Source: Candidatus Latescibacterota bacterium (GTDB taxonomy: Bacteria; Latescibacterota; UBA2968). From it: a stretch of 64,000 nt of DNA. The translations under genes were made by a program, and so were the position numbers. The stretch covers positions 5,408,001-5,472,000 of the forward strand of contig OZ241986.1 in the NCBI GenBank assembly GCA_965204375.1, given 5' to 3'. The notes under the pieces are model-generated. The model ran no database searches. It was not told where the DNA came from and saw nothing but the letters and a program-made list of their open reading frames with translations. Numbering within the stretch: position 1 is the first letter of the stretch; each line of letters opens with the position of its first letter. Below, piece after piece: positions 24,259 through 33,151 of the stretch.

Positions 24259-26592
24259 ATGCCTGTTAGCAAATCTGTTGGCGCCCGTATTAAGCGCCGA
24301 GAAGACCCCCGATTGATTCAGGGCCTTGCTCATTATGTCGATGACATCAAGTTGCCCAATTTGTTGCATGTCGCGATTTTGCGAAGTCCTTATGCCCATG
24401 CGCGCATCAGTGGTATTAATACCGATGCGGCTCAAAATTTGTCCGGCGTCAAGTCTGTTGTCACTGGCGATGATGTCAAAGACGTCATTGGTGGGATTCC
24501 CTGTGCGGCTACAGATCCGGAGGGATTCCCCGGCATTAAGGTGCCCCACCATCCCGTGCTCGCAACCGGAAAAGTGCGTTTTGTTGGTGAACCCGTCGCC
24601 GCTGTTGCAGCGACAGATGCGTACATTGCCCAGGATGCACTGGATTTGATTGAGGTCGATTACGAACCTCTCGATGCCATAAACTCGGCTGAGGCGGCTT
24701 TTGCCGATGGCGCGCCTGTTATCCACGAAGATTGGGACGATAATATGGCTTTTACCTGGAGTATTGCCGGGGGCGATGTGGATGCGGCTTTTGCCGAAGC
24801 CGATCATGTCGTCAGTCAGCGGATTGACCATCAACGTCTGGTTCCCAATCCGATGGAGACGCGAGGCGTGGTTGCCCAATATTTGCCCGGCAAAGACCAG
24901 CTCAACTTATGGTCATCTACGCAAATTCCCCATCTTTTACGCACGCAAATATCCGTTATGCTGGGTATGGCCGAGAACCATGTTCGCGTTATTGCGCCCG
25001 AAGTGGGCGGCGGTTTTGGTTGCAAGCTCAATGTGTACGCCGAAGAAGCCCTGCTCGGGCATATGGCGAAATATCTCGGGCAGCCCGTGAAGTGGATTGA
25101 GGGGCGGCGTGAAAATTTTGTGCATACGATTCACGGACGCGATCAGACCGGAGATGTCGAACTCGCGGTGAAAAACGACGGCACGATCCTCGGTCTCAAA
25201 TACACGGTTACGGCGGATGTGGGGGCTTATTATCAGTTGCTCACGCCGGCCATTCCCACGCTTACGGGTTTGATGCTGTGCGGTTCTTATACATTTAAAA
25301 ATGTGCAGATGAATCTCACAGCCGCTTTTACGAATAAGATGGCGACGGATGCCTATCGGGGTGCGGGACGTCCCGAGGCTACGTATCTCATTGAGCGCAT
25401 GGTCGATGTGGTGGCGCACGATCTGGATCTGGATCCTCTGGAGGTGCGACGCAAAAACTTTATCGGCAAAGACGCTTTTCCCTATGAAACGGGTACTGCT
25501 CTGGCTTATGATAGCGGCGATTATACGGCTGCGCTCGACAAGGCACTCAAGATCGCCGATTACGACGCTTTGCGCGAGCAGCAGGCCGAATTACGCGAAG
25601 AGGGCCGATACCTCGGTATTGGATTTTCCACGTATGTGGAGATTTGCGGTATGGGTCCTTCGGCTGCGATGCCCGCTGGCGGTTGGGAGAGCAGCACTGT
25701 GCGCGTAGATCCCACGGGTAAGGTAACCGTGCTTACGGGTGTATCGCCCCACGGACAGGGGCAGGAGACCACTTTTGCCCAGCTTATTGCCGATGGATTG
25801 GGCGTTGATATCGACGATATTCGCATTATCCACGGCGATACCGATACAGTGCAATACGGTATTGGTACTTTCGGCAGTCGCGCGACGGCTGTGGGTGGTA
25901 CAGCGATGGTGCATGCGATGGGTAAGGTGAAAGACAAAGTGGTCAATATCGCCGCGCATCTGCTGGAGAGCAATCCACAGGATATTGTGATTGAAGACGG
26001 CAAATACTGCGTTCAGGGTGCGCCCGAGTCGGGTCTCACTTTGGGCGAAATTGCTATGGTGGCTCATGTGGGTGTGGAACTTCCCGAGGGTACAGAACCC
26101 GGTTTGGCTGAGTCGCACTTTTTTGAGCCGCCAAACTTTACCTATCCGTTTGGTACGCACATCGCCGTGGTCGAGGTCGATGCCGATACGGGTGAGGTTG
26201 AGATACAGCGTTATATCGCCGTTGACGATTGCGGAAATATTATCAATCCACTGATTGTTGAAGGCCAGGTACACGGCGGTATTGCACAGGGGGTGGGACA
26301 AGCCCTTTACGAGGAAGCCATTTACGACGAGAGCGGGCAGATGATCACCGGTTCATTTATGGATTATGCCTTGCCCAAAGCGCACAATTTCCCGCGCTTT
26401 GAATTGGCAAATACGGTTACGCCTTCGCCCGTCAATCCAATGGGTGTCAAAGGTGTGGGTGAAGCGGGTACGATTGGTTCCACGCCCGCGATAGCCAATG
26501 CGGTGATTGACGCGCTGAAACCTTTTGGCGTGCGACATATCGATCTGCCTTTGCGCCCCGAAAAACTCTGGAAACTCATGCAGGAGACTTGA
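24259..26592 (+). CDS. coxL: molybdopterin hydroxylase large subunit, form II CoxL-like
   Basis: VGGGFG, active-site loop AYRGAGR (form II, not AYxCSFR), GQGQET, GQVHGG, KGVGEAG. Confidence 0.88.
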   Translation: MPVSKSVGARIKRREDPRLIQGLAHYVDDIKLPNLLHVAILRSPYAHARISGINTDAAQNLSGVKSVVTGDDVKDVIGGIPCAATDPEGFPGIKVPHHPVLATGKVRFVGEPVAAVAATDAYIAQDALDLIEVDYEPLDAINSAEAAFADGAPVIHEDWDDNMAFTWSIAGGDVDAAFAEADHVVSQRIDHQRLVPNPMETRGVVAQYLPGKDQLNLWSSTQIPHLLRTQISVMLGMAENHVRVIAPEVGGGFGCKLNVYAEEALLGHMAKYLGQPVKWIEGRRENFVHTIHGRDQTGDVELAVKNDGTILGLKYTVTADVGAYYQLLTPAIPTLTGLMLCGSYTFKNVQMNLTAAFTNKMATDAYRGAGRPEATYLIERMVDVVAHDLDLDPLEVRRKNFIGKDAFPYETGTALAYDSGDYTAALDKALKIADYDALREQQAELREEGRYLGIGFSTYVEICGMGPSAAMPAGGWESSTVRVDPTGKVTVLTGVSPHGQGQETTFAQLIADGLGVDIDDIRIIHGDTDTVQYGIGTFGSRATAVGGTAMVHAMGKVKDKVVNIAAHLLESNPQDIVIEDGKYCVQGAPESGLTLGEIAMVAHVGVELPEGTEPGLAESHFFEPPNFTYPFGTHIAVVEVDADTGEVEIQRYIAVDDCGNIINPLIVEGQVHGGIAQGVGQALYEEAIYDESGQMITGSFMDYALPKAHNFPRFELANTVTPSPVNPMGVKGVGEAGTIGSTPAIANAVIDALKPFGVRHIDLPLRPEKLWKLMQET

Positions 26593-26595
26593 ACG

Positions 26596-27453
26596 ATGAC
26601 CCCCTTTGATTACCACGCACCCAAAACTTTGAGAAGCGCGATGCGGCTGGTGCAAGAGTTCGGCGACGATGCCAAAGTACTGGCGGGCGGTCACAGTCTG
26701 ATTCCGTCTATGAAATTGCGTCTTGCCGCGCCTTCGGTCGTTATTGATCTGGGCGGCATTGCTGGCTTAAAAAGAGTGACTGCGGGCAATGAGACCATTA
26801 CTATCGGTGCTCTGGCCACGCATTATGCTGTGGAAAGCCACCGCTTATTGCCTTCAAAATGTTCACTTTTGCCCGAGACCGCAGCAGAAATTGGCGATGC
26901 ACAGGTGCGGAATCGGGGCACTGTGGGCGGGAGTATTGCCCATGCCGACCCGGCTGCAGATTGGCCGGCGACTATGCTCGCCCTCGATGCACAATTCGAT
27001 ATTGCCGGTCCCAATGGTGAACGCACGGTGGCTGCGTCTGATTTTTTTGTGGATCTTTTTATTACGGATTTGCAACCCGGCGAAATTCTCACGCAGATTC
27101 GCATTGCGGTGCCAGCCGAATGTTCGGGTGGTGCGTATGTCAAGATGCGACAATCTGCGTCCGGTTTTGCCCTCGCAGGCGTTGCGGCTCATGTCACTCT
27201 GGATGACGCGGGCAACTGCGCTTCTGTGGCTGTGGGTGTTACCGGTGTTGCGCCAGCGGCGTATCGCGCACAGGCGGTCGAAGATGCGCTTGTGGGGCAG
27301 GGTATTGACGCTGTTGCCGATGCGGCAGCCCATGCGGCTGATGGCGTAGAAGAATTTCAGGAGGATCACCACGCTTCTGGCGATTACCGCGCCCATCTGG
27401 CGCGCGTGTTTGCACAACGGGCATTGAGCCAGGCAATTGATCGCGCAGCTTGA
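26596..27453 (+). CDS. coxM: FAD-binding medium subunit
   Basis: LAGGHSLIP.MKLRLA, QVRNRGT.GG..AHADPAAD. Confidence 0.9.
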   Translation: MTPFDYHAPKTLRSAMRLVQEFGDDAKVLAGGHSLIPSMKLRLAAPSVVIDLGGIAGLKRVTAGNETITIGALATHYAVESHRLLPSKCSLLPETAAEIGDAQVRNRGTVGGSIAHADPAADWPATMLALDAQFDIAGPNGERTVAASDFFVDLFITDLQPGEILTQIRIAVPAECSGGAYVKMRQSASGFALAGVAAHVTLDDAGNCASVAVGVTGVAPAAYRAQAVEDALVGQGIDAVADAAAHAADGVEEFQEDHHASGDYRAHLARVFAQRALSQAIDRAA

Positions 27454-27521
27454 TTTTACGGCTCTCTTCTCTTTTGGGAAGGGAGCCGTGTGTTTTTTCG
27501 GAAGAGATGGTGGAAAGAAAG

Positions 27522-27605
27522 TTATCCGCAGATGGACGCAGATGGACGCAGATGATAAAGGGGCTGGTGTGGGGTAACTGACAACTGACAACTGGTTACT
27601 GACTA
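27522..27605. repeat. decamer (GGACGCAGAT)n plus heptamer (ACTGACA)n tandem repeats
   Basis: ttatccgcagatggacgcagatggacgcagat followed by actgacaactgacaactggttactgact. Confidence 0.7.
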
Positions 27606-27621
27606 CTTACAAGGATGCGTT

Positions 27622-28065
27622 TTGAAACTTTCTGGTACACACACGATTGGCGCAACGGTTGAACGCGCTTTTGAATTGCTTATCGATCCCGAGGTGCTCG
27701 CTCGTTGTATGCCCGGTTGCGACAAGCTGGAACACAGAGCAGATGGGGTTTACGATATGGCTGTTTCCGCCGGGATTGGTCCCGTTCGCGGCAAATATAC
27801 GGGTAGTGTCACGCTTTCAGATATTCAACCGCCCAAGCGCTATACGATGGTGGTCGAGATCAAGGGCACGACCGGGTTCGTCAAGGGACAGGGCGTTGTG
27901 GAACTCGCTCCTGATGGTGAAAATACGCGGATTTCGTTTGAGGGCGATGTGCAAATCGGCGGGCCAATCGCCGCTGTGGGACAGCGCATGCACGCCAGTG
28001 CTGCCCGTTTGATGACGCGGCAACTCTTTGGCGCGATTGACGCAGAGGCGCGCGCGTCAACTTGA
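27622..28065 (+). CDS. coxG: CoxG/SRPBCC family protein
   Basis: L.DPEVLARC.PGC, GPV.G.Y.G, VQIGG..A.VGQR. Confidence 0.85.
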   Translation: MKLSGTHTIGATVERAFELLIDPEVLARCMPGCDKLEHRADGVYDMAVSAGIGPVRGKYTGSVTLSDIQPPKRYTMVVEIKGTTGFVKGQGVVELAPDGENTRISFEGDVQIGGPIAAVGQRMHASAARLMTRQLFGAIDAEARAST

Positions 28066-28073
28066 GGGATAAT

Positions 28074-28325
28074 ATGCAAATGTATGGATATCAGTGTGAT
28101 TATTGTGATGGCACAGTACAGGCTAAGCCATTAGAAAACGAAGTATTTAAACACAAGAATGGATTTGTGATTTTAGAAGATGTCACCATCGGTGTTTGCG
28201 ATTCGTGTGGCAATCGCTATTACTCTGCAGAACTGCTGCACGCGGTTCACGACATTGCTACAGGTGCTCAGTCTCCTGAGAGAACAGAAAATATTCCTGT
28301 TGCCCACTTTTCGAGAGCTGTATAA
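28074..28325 (+). CDS. YgiT-type zinc finger protein
   Basis: CDYC...VILEDV..GVCDSCGNRYY, C-terminal IPVA. Confidence 0.8.
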   Translation: MQMYGYQCDYCDGTVQAKPLENEVFKHKNGFVILEDVTIGVCDSCGNRYYSAELLHAVHDIATGAQSPERTENIPVAHFSRAV

Positions 28326-28326
28326 A

Positions 28327-28689
28327 ATGTCATTTATTGATTGGGATAAATATCCCGCTAATGAAGTGGCGCCAGGCGTGCACATTCGGACGCCTTATGG
28401 TGAGAATTTGATGCTCTCTCGCGTTGAATTTGATGCGGGTGCTGTGGTGCCGATGCACAGCCATCCCCATGAGCAGGGAGGGATGATGCTTGAGGGGCGG
28501 ATGAAGTTCACGATTGATGGGGAGACCCGCACGGTTGAACCCGGCGAAGCTTTTCTGATTCCCGCCCATGTACCACACCGGGCCGAGGCAGTCGATGGTC
28601 CCTGTGTCGCTCTCGATATTTTTTCGCCGATTCGCGAGGATTATGTCGAGCTTGCCAACCGCTATATTCCACCCGAAGACAAAACGTAA
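28327..28689 (+). CDS. cupin domain protein
   Basis: P.HSHPHEQ, IP..VPH, DIFSPIREDY. Confidence 0.88.
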   Translation: MSFIDWDKYPANEVAPGVHIRTPYGENLMLSRVEFDAGAVVPMHSHPHEQGGMMLEGRMKFTIDGETRTVEPGEAFLIPAHVPHRAEAVDGPCVALDIFSPIREDYVELANRYIPPEDKT

Positions 28690-28706
28690 TATTTTCCATT
28701 CACGGA

Positions 28707-29516
28707 TTGCCTATCTTGTTTTTCTTTTTGTTTCGCGCTTTTAAGACCTTTTCGATACTTTTGATATTTCTGCTGGGACAGCTTTGTGCGCAGAGTGATG
28801 TAAGTGAAAGAGTAAAAAAACTCGAGATCGGGACGTATGTCGAGGGTGCGTATTTTTCCGGCGCGCAAAAAAGGCGTTTTCGAGGCTATGTCAATCGCAC
28901 ACAGGGGTATGTGGTTACAATTGTCACAAATCAATTGCCCTATAGACGCCGCATCCCTTACCGATCTATTGATCATTTGCGCGTAAAGAAGACGAAAAGA
29001 ATTGCCGTGCAGTTCAATCCCCAGGCGCGTCGATTTTTGACCCGGACTGGCGTCATACCCGGGCACCGGGCTGTTATTGGCATTGCTGAAGTAGCAGATA
29101 GCCAGTTTGCGGGTATTATTGCGAGTGTGAGCGACTCTTTGATCGTTTTGGCAGATACACATAAGAGCGATGAGTATAAAATCCTGACGGCTTCGGAGCT
29201 GGATCAACTGTCGATTAATCTGAGCAAGACATCCCATATCGGGAAGGGATTCAAAGCCGGTCTGGTTACGGGTTTCTGCATTGGTGTTATTTTTTCTTCG
29301 TCCGATTTGAACAGGAGTACCGAGACCGGATGGTCAGCCCTTGCCAATATTGTTTTAAGCCCAAAAACTGTTGTTATTTCTGGGGTCGGTGCAGGTGTCG
29401 GTAGTATTATTGGCAGGCTTGCCAGCTACGAGACCTGGCAAGCTATCCCATTGGACCGCCTCAAATTCACCCGCTCTCACACGCCTTTGTCCCTCTCTGC
29501 ATCTTATTCTTTTTAA
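28707..29516 (+). CDS. hypothetical exported/membrane protein
   Basis: Hydrophobic N-terminus, Gly-zipper-like helices, C-terminal aromatic; start uncertain. Confidence 0.55.
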   Translation: MPILFFFLFRAFKTFSILLIFLLGQLCAQSDVSERVKKLEIGTYVEGAYFSGAQKRRFRGYVNRTQGYVVTIVTNQLPYRRRIPYRSIDHLRVKKTKRIAVQFNPQARRFLTRTGVIPGHRAVIGIAEVADSQFAGIIASVSDSLIVLADTHKSDEYKILTASELDQLSINLSKTSHIGKGFKAGLVTGFCIGVIFSSSDLNRSTETGWSALANIVLSPKTVVISGVGAGVGSIIGRLASYETWQAIPLDRLKFTRSHTPLSLSASYSF

Positions 29517-29613
29517 TTGCTTGTCCATATTTTTTTAATCCCTGTGATTGCATTTTTACAACAGTTTTGTAAATTTGCATTGTTTTTTTATAATAGTTTT
29601 GTAAATTTGCAAT

Positions 29614-30795
29614 ATGAAAAATACTTTGTTAAAACGCCTTCTGGAATTACCAGATCGCTCATTTTTTCTTTTTGGACCGCGCTCAACAGGCAAGAGTACC
29701 TATTTGCGCCAGGTTTTGCCCAATGCGATTTATCTCGATTTGCTCGATTCTTCGCTTTATTTCGAGCTTTCTCAGTCGCCCCATCACCTCGAGGCTCTGA
29801 TCGGCAATCGCCCAGAGCAGACCTGGATTGTTCTGGATGAAGTTCAAAAGATTCCCGCTTTGCTGGATGAAGTTCATCGTTTGATAGAAAATAAACAATG
29901 GCGGTTCGTGCTTTGTGGTTCTTCTGCGCGTAAACTGCGGCGGGGCGGTACTAATTTGCTTGCTGGTCGCGCAATTACACGCCACATGGAATCGTTTAGC
30001 AGTGCAGAACTCGGTGCGCTTTTCGATCTCGATTTTTCACTGCAATACGGTTTGTTGCCCACTGTGCAATTAGACCGCAAGTATGCCCGCGATATTCTCG
30101 ATGCTTATGTTAATACCTATATTAGAGAAGAGATTAAAGAAGAGGGGGTTGTGCGCAATCTGCCTCCTTTTCTCCGATTTTTAAGCATTGCTGGTCAGAT
30201 TAATGCCCAACAGGTTAACGCGCAAAGTCTGGCGCGAGATGCAGCGGTTTCTCGCAGCAGTATCGATATCTATTTTTCGATTCTGGAGGATACGCTTTTG
30301 GGGCACAAGCTTTTGGCTTATCGCCCGAATATTAAAGTTCGAGAGCAGACCCGACCCAAATTCTACTGGTTCGATCCGGGAGTTGCGCGTGCAGCCGCGG
30401 GATTGCTCGATGATCCGCTTGACCGCGTCTGGTTGGGGACGGCGTTGGAGACGTTGATTTATCACGAGTTGCGCGTGTACAATCACACGCGAGAAAGACA
30501 CCGTTCTATTGCATTTTATCGCACGGCTACGGGGGGAGAAATCGATTTTGTTATTGAAACGCGGAAGAGAACAGTATCTTCTCGGGCGCATGTGGTGTGT
30601 CTCGAAGTTAAGCTGTCTGATCGGTGGGATAGACGCTGGGAACGTCAGATGCGTGATATGAGTCAATCCCCACAGATTTGCGTTGATCGCATGGTGGGCG
30701 TTTATACGGGCAAGCGGAGCTATCATTTTGATGGTGTGGATGTTTTGCCTGTTGCAGAGTTTTTACAGCAGTTGTATCAGGGGAATATTTTTTGA
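29614..30795 (+). CDS. AAA_14 ATPase with DUF4143-type C-terminal domain
   Basis: GPRSTGKST, LDEVQK, CGSSARKL, LLAGRA, PKFY.FD.G, EIDFV...EVK. Confidence 0.88.
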   Translation: MKNTLLKRLLELPDRSFFLFGPRSTGKSTYLRQVLPNAIYLDLLDSSLYFELSQSPHHLEALIGNRPEQTWIVLDEVQKIPALLDEVHRLIENKQWRFVLCGSSARKLRRGGTNLLAGRAITRHMESFSSAELGALFDLDFSLQYGLLPTVQLDRKYARDILDAYVNTYIREEIKEEGVVRNLPPFLRFLSIAGQINAQQVNAQSLARDAAVSRSSIDIYFSILEDTLLGHKLLAYRPNIKVREQTRPKFYWFDPGVARAAAGLLDDPLDRVWLGTALETLIYHELRVYNHTRERHRSIAFYRTATGGEIDFVIETRKRTVSSRAHVVCLEVKLSDRWDRRWERQMRDMSQSPQICVDRMVGVYTGKRSYHFDGVDVLPVAEFLQQLYQGNIF

Positions 30796-30809
30796 TAAGG
30801 AGTTTCAAA

Positions 30810-31736
30810 ATGGAATATCGGCAACTCGGCAATTCGGGGCTTCAGGTTTCGGCGATTGGTCTGGGTACCAATAATTTTGGCTGGCGCCTTGACGCGAGGG
30901 CTACGGCGCGTGTTATGGGTCGGGCACTGGATGAGGGGATTACGTTGATCGATACGGCTAATATGTACGGGGACACGCTGTCGGAGTCCTATATTGGCAG
31001 GGCGATTAGAGGCAAGCGCGATGCGTTTATTCTGGCGACTAAGGTGTCGATGAGTACGGGGGATGGTCCCAATATGCGCGGCAATTCGCGGTACCATATT
31101 CTCAAAGAGGTGGAGGAGAGTCTCAGACGTCTCAATACGGATTATATCGACCTTTATCAGATTCACCAGACGGACGCCAATACGCCTATTGAGGAGACTT
31201 TGCACGCGCTTGACTATCTCGTTGCTCAGGGCAAGGTGCGCTATATCGGCTGTTCCAATTTTATGGCGTGGGAGGTCTGCGAGGCGATCTGGACTTCGCG
31301 CGCGAAGAATTTGGTTGCGTTTTCGACTGTGCAACCCCGCTATAGTATGCTCGACCGCGAGGTTGAGGCAGAGCTTGTGCCGTTTTGCAAGTCTTATGGT
31401 ATTGGCATTTTGCCCTATTTTCCCCTTGCCAGCGGTTTTCTTACGGGCAAATATCGCCGAGATGAACCAGCGCCCGAGGGTACGCGTTTGGCAGAGCGCG
31501 ACCGCGGGATGTTCACAGATAAGAATTTCGATATTCTGGAAGCGTTGGAAGAATTTGCACAGGGACGCGATCATACCGTTCTCGATCTGGCTTTTGCATG
31601 GCTTCTCGCCAATCCCTGTGTGTGTTCCGTGATTGCCGGGGCTACCACGCCCGAGCAAGTTACGGCAAATGCCGCGACTATTGGTTGGGATCTCAGTGAT
31701 GAGGAGATGGAAGAGATTGATGAGATTCTCTCGTAG
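30810..31736 (+). CDS. aldo/keto reductase
   Basis: MEYRQLG.SGL.VS.IGLG, IDTANMY, LATK, DLYQIH, GKVRYIG.SN. Confidence 0.92.
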   Translation: MEYRQLGNSGLQVSAIGLGTNNFGWRLDARATARVMGRALDEGITLIDTANMYGDTLSESYIGRAIRGKRDAFILATKVSMSTGDGPNMRGNSRYHILKEVEESLRRLNTDYIDLYQIHQTDANTPIEETLHALDYLVAQGKVRYIGCSNFMAWEVCEAIWTSRAKNLVAFSTVQPRYSMLDREVEAELVPFCKSYGIGILPYFPLASGFLTGKYRRDEPAPEGTRLAERDRGMFTDKNFDILEALEEFAQGRDHTVLDLAFAWLLANPCVCSVIAGATTPEQVTANAATIGWDLSDEEMEEIDEILS

Positions 31737-31757
31737 TCATTTAGAAATTATAAAAAC

Positions 31758-31791
31758 AAAAGGGACGCAGAATAAATGAGCGTCCCTTTTC
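31758..31791. terminator. bidirectional terminator
   Basis: AAAAGGGACGC...GCGTCCCTTTT between convergent genes. Confidence 0.75.
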
Positions 31792-31817
31792 TATTTTGAG
31801 CAGTTGAAGATTTGGTA

Positions 31818-32117
31818 TCAGGCAACAGGTATCCGCTCTCCATCTTTTTCCAAAATAATCCGAAAACCATAGGCTTGTACGATGTTCTTAAAGCTCTGCA
31901 GGCGAATGTCTTGCTGTTTTCCAGATCGGATATTTTGAATTGTATTGGCGGATAAGCCCGCTTCTTTTGCCAATTTTCGAACCGATTTGTCATCGCCATC
32001 CATGAGTGCCAGAATCAATTCTGAAAGGGCAAATTCTTTATATTCCTTTTCGTATTCTTCTTTAAACTCCGGGTCTTGCATCAGTCGCTCATAAGTAGAT
32101 ATCGGTTTTTTATTTAT
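31818..32117 (-). CDS. XRE-family HTH protein (antitoxin-like), non-canonical ATA start or 5'-damaged
   Basis: ..STYERLMQDPEFKEEYEKE...SVRKLAKEAGLS..TIQNIRSG; GAGGGG SD sits 8 nt before ATA at 32117; first in-frame ATG at 32081. Confidence 0.65.
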   Translation of the reverse strand: MNKKPISTYERLMQDPEFKEEYEKEYKEFALSELILALMDGDDKSVRKLAKEAGLSANTIQNIRSGKQQDIRLQSFKNIVQAYGFRIILEKDGERIPVA

Positions 32118-32157
32118 AATAGCATCCCCTCTCAACTTATTGCTCAAAGTGTCCGCG

Positions 32158-32997
32158 TTACCCTCGCGATGGCTCGGGCATTTCTGTTCTTGCGCGGGCA
32201 GAGAGTTCGGCGAGGTGACCGTCGTGCGCCATGACTTGTTCCAGATGTTTTTTGCGTTCGGGTCCAGCGGTGGCGAGCATGATTTTTCCGTAAGCGCGAT
32301 CGTTCCAGAATCGCGCGCGTGCGGCAATCTGTGTTTTTAACAGGTCAATATGTTCTTCATCTTCAGGGAAGCGTTCGCTGCAGTTGATGGTGAACATCCG
32401 CCGACGCGGACTGCCGCCAAAGGCCGCGTGTTTTAAGTTGTGATTGAATAAGACGACGTCGCCCGGATTGGTTTCCAGTGCTAATGCAGGTATGTCTGGT
32501 CCGTGAATATCCCATTCATTTTGGGAATTTCGGACGGTGTTTTCAATATTATTTGCATATTGATCTTTGAGATGGTGACTTCCTGGGATGACGCGCAAAC
32601 AACCCGTTTCGCGCGTTAAGGGGTCCAGGTACAGGGCGATTTTTACAAATCGAATTTCTTTGCCCCAGCCATCCGAATGCCATTGCGTGTCTCCGGCATA
32701 ATAATTTCCGTCTGATCCCATGTAGTTGAAATTTTCACCGAGTAATCCGACCAGGATTTCTTTTATCCGCGGATCATCTAAGAGGGCGCACAGCCGTTCG
32801 TGCTGGTCGATAAATGGCACAATGCACGATCGACGGATGCCGTCGTGCGGTTGCCCGTTGTGTCCACCACCCCGCTGGTCCCATATCGTTTCAAATGCAT
32901 CGATAATTTCGTCGATGCAGTCTGCCAATAACCCCGGAAATGCGAGAAATCCAAAGGTGTCAAAAAACGCTTTTTTTTGTTCGTTGAGGATGCCCAT
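32158..32997 (-). CDS. phytanoyl-CoA dioxygenase (PhyH) family protein
   Basis: F..FGFL, WHSD, LRVIPGSH, PGDVVLF...L.H. Confidence 0.88.
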   Translation of the reverse strand: MGILNEQKKAFFDTFGFLAFPGLLADCIDEIIDAFETIWDQRGGGHNGQPHDGIRRSCIVPFIDQHERLCALLDDPRIKEILVGLLGENFNYMGSDGNYYAGDTQWHSDGWGKEIRFVKIALYLDPLTRETGCLRVIPGSHHLKDQYANNIENTVRNSQNEWDIHGPDIPALALETNPGDVVLFNHNLKHAAFGGSPRRRMFTINCSERFPEDEEHIDLLKTQIAARARFWNDRAYGKIMLATAGPERKKHLEQVMAHDGHLAELSARARTEMPEPSRG

Positions 32998-33073
32998 CGC
33001 TCGCTCCTTGTGGTTGACCTGTGGAGAAACTTCTGTTAAATTGAAGCGTTGATACCTTTAGTACAGGAAAGCC

Positions 33074-33104
33074 GTCATCGCGGCGTGATTTTAGCCGCGA
33101 TCCA
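33074..33104. repeat. GTCATCGCGGC...GCCGCGATCCA element
   Basis: Same family as 11901, 61517, 62897 and 62955. Confidence 0.85.
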
Positions 33105-33151
33105 GAGGTTTTGGTTGTCATTACTTCCACCAATATATAAGGATAAACACC

